The notes below the pieces were generated by a model. That model was not told the DNA's origin. It did not search any database and saw only the letters and a program-made list of their open reading frames with translations. Shown here in pieces: positions 10,464 through 20,183 of a DNA stretch of 64,000 nucleotides. The stretch is taken from positions 256,001 through 320,000 of the forward strand of contig JBPOGF010000001.1 of NCBI GenBank assembly GCA_051251915.1, read 5' to 3'. The first letter of the stretch is position 1, and every line of letters begins with the position of its first letter. The DNA is from Akkermansiaceae bacterium. GTDB taxonomy: Bacteria > Verrucomicrobiota > Verrucomicrobiia > Verrucomicrobiales > Akkermansiaceae. A program made the translations under genes and the position numbers.

Positions 10464-11237
10464 ATGTTTAATCATTTTACTTGGTGCGAGGTTAACTCTT
10501 TCGATTTGTCAGAGGCTGAATGCTTCTATGAAAATGTATTTTCGTGGAGGATCAGTGAGCCGATCAAGAACTACCGGACATGCTATAGTGAAGAGGTATC
10601 GGTTGCTGGAATGCTAGGAATACCTGGGCAAGTAAGTGATGCAGCATTACACTCGCGTTGGCTTTCTTATGTAAGCGTTGATTCGCTCCATGATATGGTG
10701 AATTTGGCAGTGGAGCTGGGGGGGAAGATAGAGACTCATTCTAGAGATTTTTATCGAGGGGGAGAAGTGATGGGAAAGTTTGCTCTTTTGAATGATCCGA
10801 CAGGTGCACGGTTGATGCTGTATGAGGGAGAGGATTTAAGAGTAAAAGACAGTGGTTTAAGATCCGATGGGAGGATGGCCTTAAATGAACTTCATGTGAA
10901 TTCTATGCATGGAGTCCGTCAATTTTATGAGAAATTACTAGGCTGGAAATTCGAGAGTGATCCAAGTGGGTATGGGCGTTTTTTGATCTTTGATATGAAG
11001 GGGCGAAAGGTAGCTTCGTTACTTGAGTTGGATAAGAAGGTTAATGTTAAGGCTGAGAGGAATTGCTGGATGGTTTATTTTACGGTGAATAATGTGGATG
11101 AGACATTGAAAAGAATAAGTAAATATGGGGGGCTAGTGATCGTTGATTTAGCGAATACAGGATATGGATTTTCTTTGGTTCAAGATACACAAGGGGCATT
11201 TTTCTGTATTAGTCAGAATGAGAAGTTAGCAAACTGA
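10464..11237 (+). CDS. VOC family (glyoxalase-like) protein, two domains
   Basis: FTWCEV...FYENVFSW, WLSYVSVDS, LNDPTGA; the pattern repeats in the second half (LNEL...FYEKLLGW, WMVYFTV, QDTQGA). Confidence 0.88.
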   Translation: MFNHFTWCEVNSFDLSEAECFYENVFSWRISEPIKNYRTCYSEEVSVAGMLGIPGQVSDAALHSRWLSYVSVDSLHDMVNLAVELGGKIETHSRDFYRGGEVMGKFALLNDPTGARLMLYEGEDLRVKDSGLRSDGRMALNELHVNSMHGVRQFYEKLLGWKFESDPSGYGRFLIFDMKGRKVASLLELDKKVNVKAERNCWMVYFTVNNVDETLKRISKYGGLVIVDLANTGYGFSLVQDTQGAFFCISQNEKLAN

Positions 11238-11288
11238 TGATGAGCACATCTGTCTTGCTAATTTGTAGGCATAGTGTTTGCTGAGCGC

Positions 11289-12221
11289 ATGCAAATTCTC
11301 CGAAATATCACTGAGCTAAAGACAATAGATGGGGCAGTTCATCTGGCTCTTGGGGTCTTTGACGGTGTGCATGTTGGGCATCGTGAGGTGATACTTAATG
11401 CGGTGAGGGCAGCTAGGGGTGCAGGGGGGAAAGTAGGGGTGGTTACGTTTGAACCGCATCCTGTGAGGGTATTGGCGCCGGATCGTGCGCCTAGGCGGAT
11501 ATTGGCCTCTATTGAGCACAAAGCGGAGTTGCTAGGTGCTATGGGGGTGGATTTTTTGTGTGTGCAGGAGTTTACGTTAGATTTTGCAGCTCGTGAGGCT
11601 AAGGAGTTTATCGAAGATCTGGTTAACTACAGTGGAAGACTGATGACGATTGCTGTGGGTGAGGACTGGATCTTTGGCAAGGCACGTGGGGGGAATGTGA
11701 GTAAGCTTAGAGAATGGGGAGATGAAATGGGGTTTGATGTGATAGCGGCTGCACCTGTGATGGTAGAGGGGGAGAGGGTGAGTAGCACTCGAGTGAGACA
11801 GGCTGTTAGAGATGGGAATTTAGTTGCTGTTAGGGAGATGTTAGGGAGGCCTTATGATGTGGTAGGAACTGTGATAGAGGGGAGGCAGCTAGCGCGACAA
11901 CTCGGCTATCCGACAGCAAATGTGGTGGTTCATAACGAACAACTTCCACCAGATGGGGTTTGGTCGTTGAAAGTGAAATTCAGAGGTGAAACTTATGATG
12001 GTATTGGGAACTTGGGGAGACGGCCGACTGTTGAGCATGAGGGGGCACGTCGCTTGTTAGAGATTCATGTGTTCGATTTTGAGGGGGACCTCTACGGCGA
12101 GATTATTGACGCCGAGTTTGTGGATTACCTTCGCAAGGAGAAGAAATTTTCCTCAATTGAGGAACTTAAGTCTCAAATTGATGAAGATGTGAAACAAGCC
12201 AGAGAGGCTGGTAGTATGTGA
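11289..12221 (+). CDS. ribF: Bifunctional riboflavin kinase/FAD synthetase
   Basis: GVFDGVHVGH, TFEPHP, VSSTRVR, LGYPTAN and EIHVFDF motifs. Confidence 0.96.
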   Translation: MQILRNITELKTIDGAVHLALGVFDGVHVGHREVILNAVRAARGAGGKVGVVTFEPHPVRVLAPDRAPRRILASIEHKAELLGAMGVDFLCVQEFTLDFAAREAKEFIEDLVNYSGRLMTIAVGEDWIFGKARGGNVSKLREWGDEMGFDVIAAAPVMVEGERVSSTRVRQAVRDGNLVAVREMLGRPYDVVGTVIEGRQLARQLGYPTANVVVHNEQLPPDGVWSLKVKFRGETYDGIGNLGRRPTVEHEGARRLLEIHVFDFEGDLYGEIIDAEFVDYLRKEKKFSSIEELKSQIDEDVKQAREAGSM

Positions 12222-12229
12222 TGTATGAT

Positions 12230-13273
12230 TTATTTGAGTAGAATGTAATGATCTTGTTTTTCTACAATACGGCCTATTTCCACTGCACATAAAGTTTGGT
12301 GGGAGTTGAGAATTTCTATTACTGCAGGGACATTTTCTTGTGGGACTGAGATGAGTAGTCCTCCAGATGTCTGCGCGTCCGCTAAGAGTAGCTGAGTTTC
12401 AAGTGGGATATTATTTGTTTGAACATGAGGTAAGACGGTGGAGAGGTTCTTTTTGGTTCCGCCTGGGACGATGCCGTCTATGATAAGTTGATGGACTTGG
12501 TCTGAGATGGCTGGAATACTAGCACAATTTAGCTCTGCTGTTACTGATGAGCTGGCACAGATCTCCTTGAGGTGGCCAAGTAAACCGAACCCTGTGACAT
12601 CAGTGCAGGCATTGACTAAGTCTTGCTCTGCTAAATCTGCACCTGGAGTGTTTAGAGTAATCATGGATTCTACAGCTAAGTCATTTAACTCGTCACTGCA
12701 TTTACCTTGTTTGAGAGCTGTAGAAATGATGCCAGTTCCGAGTGGCTTGGTCAGGATGAGGACATCGCCAGGTTTAGCGTGAGCATTTGCTGTGTAGCGA
12801 TCTGGGTGAACTAAACCTGTGACTGAGAGTCCGTAAATAGGCTCAGGGTTTTTGATGGTATGTCCACCGACGAGAGAACAGCCTGCTAGCTTGACCATGT
12901 CTGCTCCGCCACGGAAGATAGCTTGAATTTCAGCGGTGCTGAGGATACTGTCTGGCATTCCGGCTATAGCCATTGCAGTGATAGGTCTTCCGCCCATGGC
13001 GTAGACATCTGAAAGGGAATTTGCTGCTGCGATTTGGCCAAAGAGGTAGGGGTCGTCACAAATAGGGGTGAAGAAATCAAGTGTCTGAACTAGCGCGGTG
13101 TCTGAGTTGAGTAGGTACACTCCTGCGTCATCAGCTGTGGCTGATCCTACAAGAAGATTTGTGTCGTTGGTTTGTGGTAGATCTCGCAAGACTTGCGAGA
13201 GTGATTCAGGATCAAGCTTGGAAGCTCAACCACCACAGGCTACGAGTGACGTGAGTTTAATTGATTCGGACAT
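12230..13273 (-). CDS. selD: Selenide, water dikinase (selenophosphate synthetase), selenocysteine-containing
   Basis: DDAGVY, QTLDFFTP, ANSLSDVYAMGG, GGHT, TDVTGFGLLGH, DAQTSGGLL. The frame extends upstream to ATG 13273 as MSESIKLTSLVACGG-UGA-ASKL, with UGA (13226-13228) at the catalytic position. Confidence 0.95.
13182..13200 (-). promoter_or_regulatory. Putative bacterial SECIS hairpin in selD mRNA
   Basis: UCUCGCAA-GUC-UUGCGAGA perfect stem starting 25 nt after the UGA, with a G-first apical loop. Confidence 0.7.
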
Positions 13274-13380
13274 AATTATAATTATTAAGAGAGTTTAATT
13301 ATTTTCTCTCTAGTGATTTATTGCATTGATTTATCGTTAATCCAATGATTATTTCATCTTTATAAACTTATACCTTATTC

Positions 13381-14232
13381 ATGCCTGATCCCAAAACTAT
13401 AGATTGTAAACCTTCCAAATGGTTCAAAATCCGAGCAATCGGAGTTGGCGCAATGCTGACTTTTTTCTCTCTATGGTTTTTTAAGGATGGGTATTGGGGG
13501 TATAGAGATAAGAATGAAGCGGTTGTATATAAGCAGCTGTTTTTGGCTGCTAATGAAAGTCCTACTAAAAACGTGGATTTTGCAGTGAGGGCCATGGATG
13601 AATTTAAGAAAACTAGCTACACTAAGGAAGATTGGAGTGCTTTTGCTAGTGAGCAAATTATCCCGGCTCCTACGAATAAAGACTTATTGCCAAGAGACTT
13701 TGACTACTCTCAAAAATGGCCAGAAGAACTTGTGAATGGCTACGATGAGCTGAACGATGACAAGCCACATGTTTTATGGGCTAATTTTACGAGCCGAACT
13801 AAACTACCTCTTGAGCCTTCAGAAAAACTATATGACGAGGGCACTATCAGGGAACAGTTTATAGTGTGTGGGATTTGCGTGGCGTTGCTTTTTGTTGCTC
13901 TCTTTATCTGCTTTAGGATCATGGGGCGTACTATGAAAGTGACACCTACTGGTTATTCACCTCCGGGAGGGGATGAAATACCGTATTCTGCGATGCGTAA
14001 GATTGATAAGCGTAAGTGGGATGGAAAAGGGCTGGCGATGATCCACTATGAGGATGGCGGTGAGATTAAGAAAGCCAAGGTCGACGGAATGGTATACGGT
14101 CAATTTAAAGAAGAAGATGGAGCACCTGCTGAGGCTCTGTTCACACAAATTATGGAGAATTTCAAAGGTGAAGTGATTGAATTTGTTAGTGATGACGATG
14201 ACGATGAGGAAGCTGAAGAAGAATCGAAATAA
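13381..14232 (+). CDS. Hypothetical membrane protein
   Basis: 283 aa, two TM segments, acidic tail. Confidence 0.75.
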   Translation: MPDPKTIDCKPSKWFKIRAIGVGAMLTFFSLWFFKDGYWGYRDKNEAVVYKQLFLAANESPTKNVDFAVRAMDEFKKTSYTKEDWSAFASEQIIPAPTNKDLLPRDFDYSQKWPEELVNGYDELNDDKPHVLWANFTSRTKLPLEPSEKLYDEGTIREQFIVCGICVALLFVALFICFRIMGRTMKVTPTGYSPPGGDEIPYSAMRKIDKRKWDGKGLAMIHYEDGGEIKKAKVDGMVYGQFKEEDGAPAEALFTQIMENFKGEVIEFVSDDDDDEEAEEESK

Positions 14233-14348
14233 GAATGTGACACAGAATCAAGGTATTTTGCCGAAATTCTAGTTGCCAAACTCGCGTTAGAAGAGTAAAT
14301 GTCTACATCCGTTAGAGAACATAACGTAATTAAAACATACACACCATA

Positions 14349-14585
14349 ATGTCTGAATCAATCGAACAAAAAGTTAAAGAAATCATCGTTGAGCAACTCA
14401 ATGTAACTCCTGACCAGGTAAAGAACGAAGCTAAATTCATCGATGACCTCGGTGCGGATTCACTTGATACAGTCGAATTAGTAATGGCTTTCGAAGAGGA
14501 ATTCGGCATTGAAGTGCCTGATGAAGAAGCTGAGAAGCTTATGTGTGTGAACGACATTGTCACATACATCAAGAAAGTTTCTTAA
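14349..14585 (+). CDS. acpP: Acyl carrier protein
   Basis: [21 protein letters not shown] phosphopantetheine motif. Confidence 0.98.
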   Translation: MSESIEQKVKEIIVEQLNVTPDQVKNEAKFIDDLGADSLDTVELVMAFEEEFGIEVPDEEAEKLMCVNDIVTYIKKVS

Positions 14586-14612
14586 TCACGGGGTAAGCCT
14601 AAGATTTTATTG

Positions 14613-14645
14613 AAGGTGGCTCATTTAGGTGAAGCCGCCTTTTTT
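14613..14645 (+). terminator. Probable intrinsic terminator after acpP
   Basis: AAGGTGGCT...AGCCGCCTT stem followed by a T run. Confidence 0.7.
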
Positions 14646-14668
14646 GATACTAGGGTTTGAGTTCATCT

Positions 14669-15193
14669 ATGTCTAAGCAATCTGATATACAATATGCGAT
14701 GGAGCATAGCCGTGTTCTACGTGAGCCTGATCGCAGAATTGACACATTCGGCAATACTAGATTCCACTTCGTGATTATCTCTGAGATGATGGATAAAGTG
14801 GGTATGGTCATTGTCAGAAGAGGTTCAGTAGAGGCATTCAAACCTAAAATCATTAAGCCTACTCACTATTCTTCTGTTGAGCTAGAAGGCTTTGATGATA
14901 AAGCGCGTGAGTTACTGGATTGGCTCAAAAATAACGATAAGGAGCCAGTATTTTTCCAGTATGGCTTTAATTTTAAGCGGACTGAAGTGAACTCAGAGAC
15001 TGTCACAGGTACATACGAGACGGTGAAGGCTGAAATTTTGGATAAAATCCGAGCTGAGGATGATCCGATGATGGCCATGATGGAGACTATCGAGGATAGT
15101 TGGGAGATAGGATTATTGAAATTTTCCATCGATATAATTCAGAAATCACAGGAAATTAACCAATTTGACTTTAAACGTAAGGGACTATTATAG
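14669..15193 (+). CDS. Hypothetical protein
   Basis: Globular ORF closely coupled to the downstream LysM gene; ATG at 14669. Confidence 0.75.
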   Translation: MSKQSDIQYAMEHSRVLREPDRRIDTFGNTRFHFVIISEMMDKVGMVIVRRGSVEAFKPKIIKPTHYSSVELEGFDDKARELLDWLKNNDKEPVFFQYGFNFKRTEVNSETVTGTYETVKAEILDKIRAEDDPMMAMMETIEDSWEIGLLKFSIDIIQKSQEINQFDFKRKGLL

Positions 15194-15196
15194 AAT

Positions 15197-16129
15197 ATGA
15201 GACTACAGACTCTAATCAGGTTAGTTGCTGCCATTATTGTGCTCACTGTTGTAGTAATTACTCTTTTTGTTATTTCTAAATACTTTGGTCTTACCGATAG
15301 GCCTGCACCTGATGAGGTAGTTGGCTCTGAGGAGATTAATAAATTGATCTCTAAAAAATCAGTTCAGGATGATCTCGTGGTGATTGATTCTGTTCGACGC
15401 AAACTTAGTAATAAGAACTCACCTAAGATTGTCCTTGGAAATCCAGCATTTGAGAAAGCTCGTTCTATGCTCAAGGAGGGGGAGTATGATGAAGCTAGGC
15501 TTAAGCTTGAAGAAATAGTGGTGAAATACCCTGGTACTCCTGCTGAGAGGGAAGCATATCGAGTTCTTGGAGAGATGAGGCTGGATGATTTATTGGAGCA
15601 TAGACCTGATGATGGGAAATTTATTTATAACGTGCAGCACAACGATAGTTATCTTAAAATTGTTGGTCAGCATGATACTAGTTTAGATATTTTGATGTAT
15701 TTGAATGGTCTTACCAGGATCGATCGTCTTCAGCCTAAAGATAAGCTTATTATTATGCCTCTGAATTTGTCTCTGAGAATCATTCCTCGTTTAAACCAGC
15801 TCTTTTTGGTGGATGAGAGAGGTGAAGTGATTAAGTATTATGAGCCAGTAGTGGACATGGCGATGTCGAAGAAAAGTGGTGTGACTGATACTGTGAAGAC
15901 AACTATAGAAAATATTAGTGCTTACAGAGGTAGTTCTAGAGTGAATGTTACTCGTAGCGACTATCGCGAAGCTTCTAAGAGAATACAAATACTCAATCCT
16001 AATATTGAGATTATCAGTGAAGACATTAAGGTAGACGATAGTTTCCGAGGGATCGTCCTGACAAAACCAGATATGGAGGAGTTAGCGCTCCTGCTTAGGC
16101 GGTCAAATACTGTTGAAATTCGTTATTAA
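15197..16129 (+). CDS. LysM peptidoglycan-binding domain protein with N-terminal membrane anchor
   Basis: YNVQHNDSYLKIVGQHDTSLDILMYLNGL...LQPKDKLII resembles LysM; TPR-like helices upstream. Confidence 0.75.
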   Translation: MRLQTLIRLVAAIIVLTVVVITLFVISKYFGLTDRPAPDEVVGSEEINKLISKKSVQDDLVVIDSVRRKLSNKNSPKIVLGNPAFEKARSMLKEGEYDEARLKLEEIVVKYPGTPAEREAYRVLGEMRLDDLLEHRPDDGKFIYNVQHNDSYLKIVGQHDTSLDILMYLNGLTRIDRLQPKDKLIIMPLNLSLRIIPRLNQLFLVDERGEVIKYYEPVVDMAMSKKSGVTDTVKTTIENISAYRGSSRVNVTRSDYREASKRIQILNPNIEIISEDIKVDDSFRGIVLTKPDMEELALLLRRSNTVEIRY

Positions 16130-16169
16130 AACCATTGCGCTAAATTAAGAAACGTTGCAAAATACCAAG

Positions 16170-17138
16170 ATGAGTATGAAACCCTTAGAGTTTGAAAAGC
16201 CGATCGCTGATCTTGAGAGTGAGATCATAAAGCTGAAGAACCAGTCAGATACGCAAGACATCGATCTCAGTTCTGAGATTGTTTCGATGGAAAAAAAACT
16301 CACTAACTTGAAGAGTGAGATCTATGATAATCTCACGCCGTGGCAACGAGTCCAGATCGCGAGGCATCCGAATCGTCCATTCATGCTAGATTACTTGGCT
16401 TATGGGTTTACGGATTTTGTGGAACTTCATGGGGATCGTCACATTGGGGATGACCATGCTATGCCGGGTGGGTTCGCTAGGATTGGAGGTGAAAAGGTGG
16501 TAGTTATCGGTCATCAGAAAGGACGTGATACAAAGGAAAATTTGTTGAGGAATTTTGGAAGTGCGCATCCTGAGGGATATAGAAAAGCGCTTAGACTCAT
16601 GAAGCTAGCCGAGAGGTTCAAGTTGCCTGTGGTTTGTATGATAGATACTCCGGGAGCTTTTCCAGGGATTGGTGCTGAGGAAAGAAATATCGCAGAAGCT
16701 ATCGCTTTTAATCTTAAAGAAATGATGAATCTCAAGACTCCGATCATTGCTTGTGTATTAGGTGAAGGTGGATCTGGTGGTGCGCTAGGTATAGGGGTGG
16801 CAGACCGAGTGATGATGATGGAGAATGCTTATTATTCGGTGATTAGTCCTGAGGGCTGTGCTGCTATTTTATGGAAGCACAGACAGCACGCACCAGAGGC
16901 AGCTCAGGCAATGAAGATAGCGGCGCCAGATCTAGGTGGGCTTAATCTCATTGATAAGGTAATAGTAGAGCCTAGAGGTGGAGCGCATCATGATCACGCT
17001 AAGACGGCGACCAATTTCCGTGATGCTGTGCTTGCGCAGATCAAGGAGGTTCAAGCACTTTCAACTGAGGAAATGTTAGATCAGCGTTATCAAAAATTCA
17101 GAAAGTATGGTGAGTGGAATGGTGATGCGATTGCTTAG
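16170..17138 (+). CDS. accA: Acetyl-CoA carboxylase carboxyltransferase alpha subunit
   Basis: LEFEKPI, ARHPNRP, ELHGDR, PEGYRKALR, GEGGSGGAL, YSVISPEGCA. Confidence 0.97.
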   Translation: MSMKPLEFEKPIADLESEIIKLKNQSDTQDIDLSSEIVSMEKKLTNLKSEIYDNLTPWQRVQIARHPNRPFMLDYLAYGFTDFVELHGDRHIGDDHAMPGGFARIGGEKVVVIGHQKGRDTKENLLRNFGSAHPEGYRKALRLMKLAERFKLPVVCMIDTPGAFPGIGAEERNIAEAIAFNLKEMMNLKTPIIACVLGEGGSGGALGIGVADRVMMMENAYYSVISPEGCAAILWKHRQHAPEAAQAMKIAAPDLGGLNLIDKVIVEPRGGAHHDHAKTATNFRDAVLAQIKEVQALSTEEMLDQRYQKFRKYGEWNGDAIA

Positions 17139-17186
17139 TATAGCTAGGAGGTAATCAGATTAGATTTTCAAAATGGAAGGATGGAG

Positions 17187-17573
17187 TTACTCTCTGTTCT
17201 TCCATTTTTGTTTGAGGAGCTCGATGGCTTTGTCTTTTGCTTTTTGTTTTAGGTCACTGGAGGCTTCGATGTGGATGGTGGTGGAGGTTTGTGACGTGTT
17301 TTCTGTGGGTTGAGGTGTTGGGACTTGAGGAGTGGATGTGCTGGAGCAGCCGGTGAGTTTTAATGTGAGGTAGATGGCGCCGATGATGAGTGTGAGTAGG
17401 GCTAGGGAGCTGCTGATGATTTCGATGCGCTGGAGCGTAGATTTGTTCCATTTTTCTTTTAAGGAAGCTCGGCGGCTGGGTATGAGGAGGGCGACTGCTA
17501 GTTCGATGAGTAGTAGTGTTACTTCTAGAATGAAGGATATGATGGATCCGATGAGTTCTGCAATGGCTTCCAT
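17187..17573 (-). CDS. Hypothetical membrane protein
   Basis: 128 aa with two TM segments; just downstream of mutS. Confidence 0.6.
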   Translation of the reverse strand: MEAIAELIGSIISFILEVTLLLIELAVALLIPSRRASLKEKWNKSTLQRIEIISSSLALLTLIIGAIYLTLKLTGCSSTSTPQVPTPQPTENTSQTSTTIHIEASSDLKQKAKDKAIELLKQKWKNRE

Positions 17574-17589
17574 GGTTAGGGGGGAGAGT

Positions 17590-20094
17590 TTAGAATAGAT
17601 CCATTTGTGGTGAGTCCGCGTCTGGCATAGTTTGGCGGGTGTTTTTTGGTTTGGGGTTCTTTTTGGCGTCTGGTTTGGAGGAGTTCATTTCTAGGTGTGA
17701 GAGGATGTCTTTGGCGCGGTTGACGATGCTGGGTGGGAGACCGGCGAGCTTGGCGACTTGGATGCCGTAGGATTTGTCTGCGGTTCCGGGGAGGATTTTT
17801 CTGAGGAAGATGATGTCGTCATTCCATTCGCGGACGGCGACGTTGTAGTTGGCAACTGCTTGGCGGGTGTTGGCGAGGTCTGTGAGCTCGTGGTAGTGGG
17901 TGGCGAAGAGGGTGCGGGCTTTGATTTCATCGTGTAGGTGTTCTGCTACTGACCATGCGATGGAGAGGCCGTCGAATGTGGCGGTACCTCTACCTATTTC
18001 GTCTAAGATGACGAGTGAGCGTTCGGTGGCGTTGTTGATGATGAGTGATGTTTCATTCATTTCTACCATGAAGGTGGATTGTCCTTTTGCGAGGTCATCG
18101 CTGGCTCCTACGCGGCAGAAGATACGGTCTGTGAGGCCGATGTGTGCGGACTCAGCGGGGACGTAGGCGCCGATTTGAGCCATGAGGGTGATGAGTGCGA
18201 TTTGGCGGATGTAGGTGGATTTACCTGCCATGTTTGGGCCGGTGAGGATGAGGAGGTTTGAGTCTGTGGGGTTTAGTAGGGTGTCGTTTGGGACGAATTT
18301 TTCATCTACTAGGGTTTGTTCTAGGACGGGGTGTCTGCCTTCTATGATTTGTAGTTGGGTGGACTCGTCTAGGACCGGGCGGGTGTGGTTGTGGAGTTGT
18401 GCGGTTTCTGCGAGGCCGAGCAGGACGTCTAGTGTGGCGAGGGCGTCGGCGGTGGACTGGAGGTCATCGATGTGTTGGCAGATCTGGTTGCGGAGTTTGG
18501 TAAATTCTTCTGTTTCGAGTTGTTTGGAGCGTTCTTCTGCGCCTAGGACTTTGTTTTCTACTTGTTTGAGTTCTGGGGTGATGAAGCGCTCGGCGTTTGC
18601 CATGGTTTGCTTGCGGGTGTAGTCTTCTGGGACGTTGTCTGCTTTTGCTTTGGTGATTTCTATGAAGTATCCGAAGACGTTGTTGAATTTGATTTTGAGG
18701 GTGTCGATTCCGGTGCGTTTGCGTTCTGTTTCTTGGAGTTCTGCGATCCATTTTTTGCCGTCTTTGGTGGCGGATCTTAGTTCGTCTAGTTCTGGGTGGT
18801 AGCCGTCACGGATGACTCCGCCGTCTTTGAGGTTTGCTGGTGGTTCATCGACTAGTGCGGATTCTAGGAGGTCTACGAGTTCTGGGAATTCTTCGATTTG
18901 CTGTAGGAGCTGTGCGGCGAGTGGGGTGGATGCGGCTACGGCTGCTAGGTCTTGTTTGAGGGTGGGGATGTTTGATAGGGAATTTCCTAGTGATTGGAGG
19001 TCTCTGGGGGTGCCTGCGCGTTGGGAGAGTCTACCGGTGGTGCGCTCGATGTCGCGGATTTTTTTGAGTGTGGATCGGCACTGGGAGAGTAGGTAGGGCT
19101 GAGCTAGGAATGCGGCTAAGAGGTCTTGGCGGGCTAATAGGGGTGCTAGGTCGCGGAGTGGGTGGAGGATCCAGTCGCGGAGTTTTCTGGCTCCCATGGG
19201 GGTGGATGTTCTGTCTAGTGCGCCTAGGAGGGTGTGTTGCTTGCCGGTGCGGGATTCTACTAGGTCTAGGTTGCCTTGTGATGAGGCGTCGATAAGGACG
19301 TAGTTGGCGGATTCTCTGACGGAGAGTTTTCTGAGGTGGTCACAGGATCTGCGTAGTTGGTGAGTGAGGTAGTGTAGGATGGCTCCTGCGGCGGAGGTGG
19401 CGGTGTGCATGGTGGCGCAGCCGAATCCTTCTAGGGAGTTTACTTTGAAGTGGTCTTTGAGGGTGTGGAGGGCGGTCTCGTGGAGGTAGGCGTAGGCGTC
19501 GTATGGCTGGCAGGATGCGATGTCTCCTAGTTCTTGGAGTTGGTCGTCTGAGATGATGATTTCTGAGGGGGAGAGGCGCTTGATCTCATCTGTCATGAGG
19601 GCTTTGTTGGTGAATTCTGCTAGGGTGAATTCTCCTGTGGTGTGGTCTGCGCAGGCGATGGCGTAGGAGGGTTTCTTTTTGGTGCCGCCGAGGAAGACTG
19701 AGGCTAGATAGTTGTGCTTGGTGTCGTCTAGGAGGTTGATGTCATTTACGGTGCCTGCGGAGATGATCTGGGTGACTTCTCGCTCTACGAGCTGGCCGGC
19801 AACTGGGGTGGTGGTTTGCTCGGCTATGGCTACGCGTGTGTTTGCGCGGACTAGCTTAGCGATGTAGCCTTCTGCGGAGTGGTAGGGGAAGCCGCACATG
19901 GGGATGTCATGGCGTTTGGTGAGTGCTAGGTTTAGGACGCCGGCTGCGCGCTTGGCGTCCTCGAAGAACATTTCGTAGAAGTCACCTAGTCTGAAAAACA
20001 GGACCACGTCATCTGGTAGGGATCTCCGTATCGTTTGATACTGAGCCATCATAGGGGTAAGTTTTTTTGATTTTGGTGATTTCTTAGTAGCCAT
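17590..20094 (-). CDS. mutS: DNA mismatch repair protein MutS
   Basis: TPMMAQY, FRLGDFYEMF, TGPNMAGKSTY, STFMVEM, DEIGRGT, FATHYHEL, SYGIQVA. Start MATKK at 20094 preferred. Confidence 0.98.
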   Translation of the reverse strand: MATKKSPKSKKLTPMMAQYQTIRRSLPDDVVLFFRLGDFYEMFFEDAKRAAGVLNLALTKRHDIPMCGFPYHSAEGYIAKLVRANTRVAIAEQTTTPVAGQLVEREVTQIISAGTVNDINLLDDTKHNYLASVFLGGTKKKPSYAIACADHTTGEFTLAEFTNKALMTDEIKRLSPSEIIISDDQLQELGDIASCQPYDAYAYLHETALHTLKDHFKVNSLEGFGCATMHTATSAAGAILHYLTHQLRRSCDHLRKLSVRESANYVLIDASSQGNLDLVESRTGKQHTLLGALDRTSTPMGARKLRDWILHPLRDLAPLLARQDLLAAFLAQPYLLSQCRSTLKKIRDIERTTGRLSQRAGTPRDLQSLGNSLSNIPTLKQDLAAVAASTPLAAQLLQQIEEFPELVDLLESALVDEPPANLKDGGVIRDGYHPELDELRSATKDGKKWIAELQETERKRTGIDTLKIKFNNVFGYFIEITKAKADNVPEDYTRKQTMANAERFITPELKQVENKVLGAEERSKQLETEEFTKLRNQICQHIDDLQSTADALATLDVLLGLAETAQLHNHTRPVLDESTQLQIIEGRHPVLEQTLVDEKFVPNDTLLNPTDSNLLILTGPNMAGKSTYIRQIALITLMAQIGAYVPAESAHIGLTDRIFCRVGASDDLAKGQSTFMVEMNETSLIINNATERSLVILDEIGRGTATFDGLSIAWSVAEHLHDEIKARTLFATHYHELTDLANTRQAVANYNVAVREWNDDIIFLRKILPGTADKSYGIQVAKLAGLPPSIVNRAKDILSHLEMNSSKPDAKKNPKPKNTRQTMPDADSPQMDLF

Positions 20095-20183
20095 CTGTTT
20101 CAAGGTTTTAGACGCTGATGGGCTATGAGGGAAGTGTGGAATGGGGAAATTTTTCACGATATATTTTATGGTCGTAAATTAGT

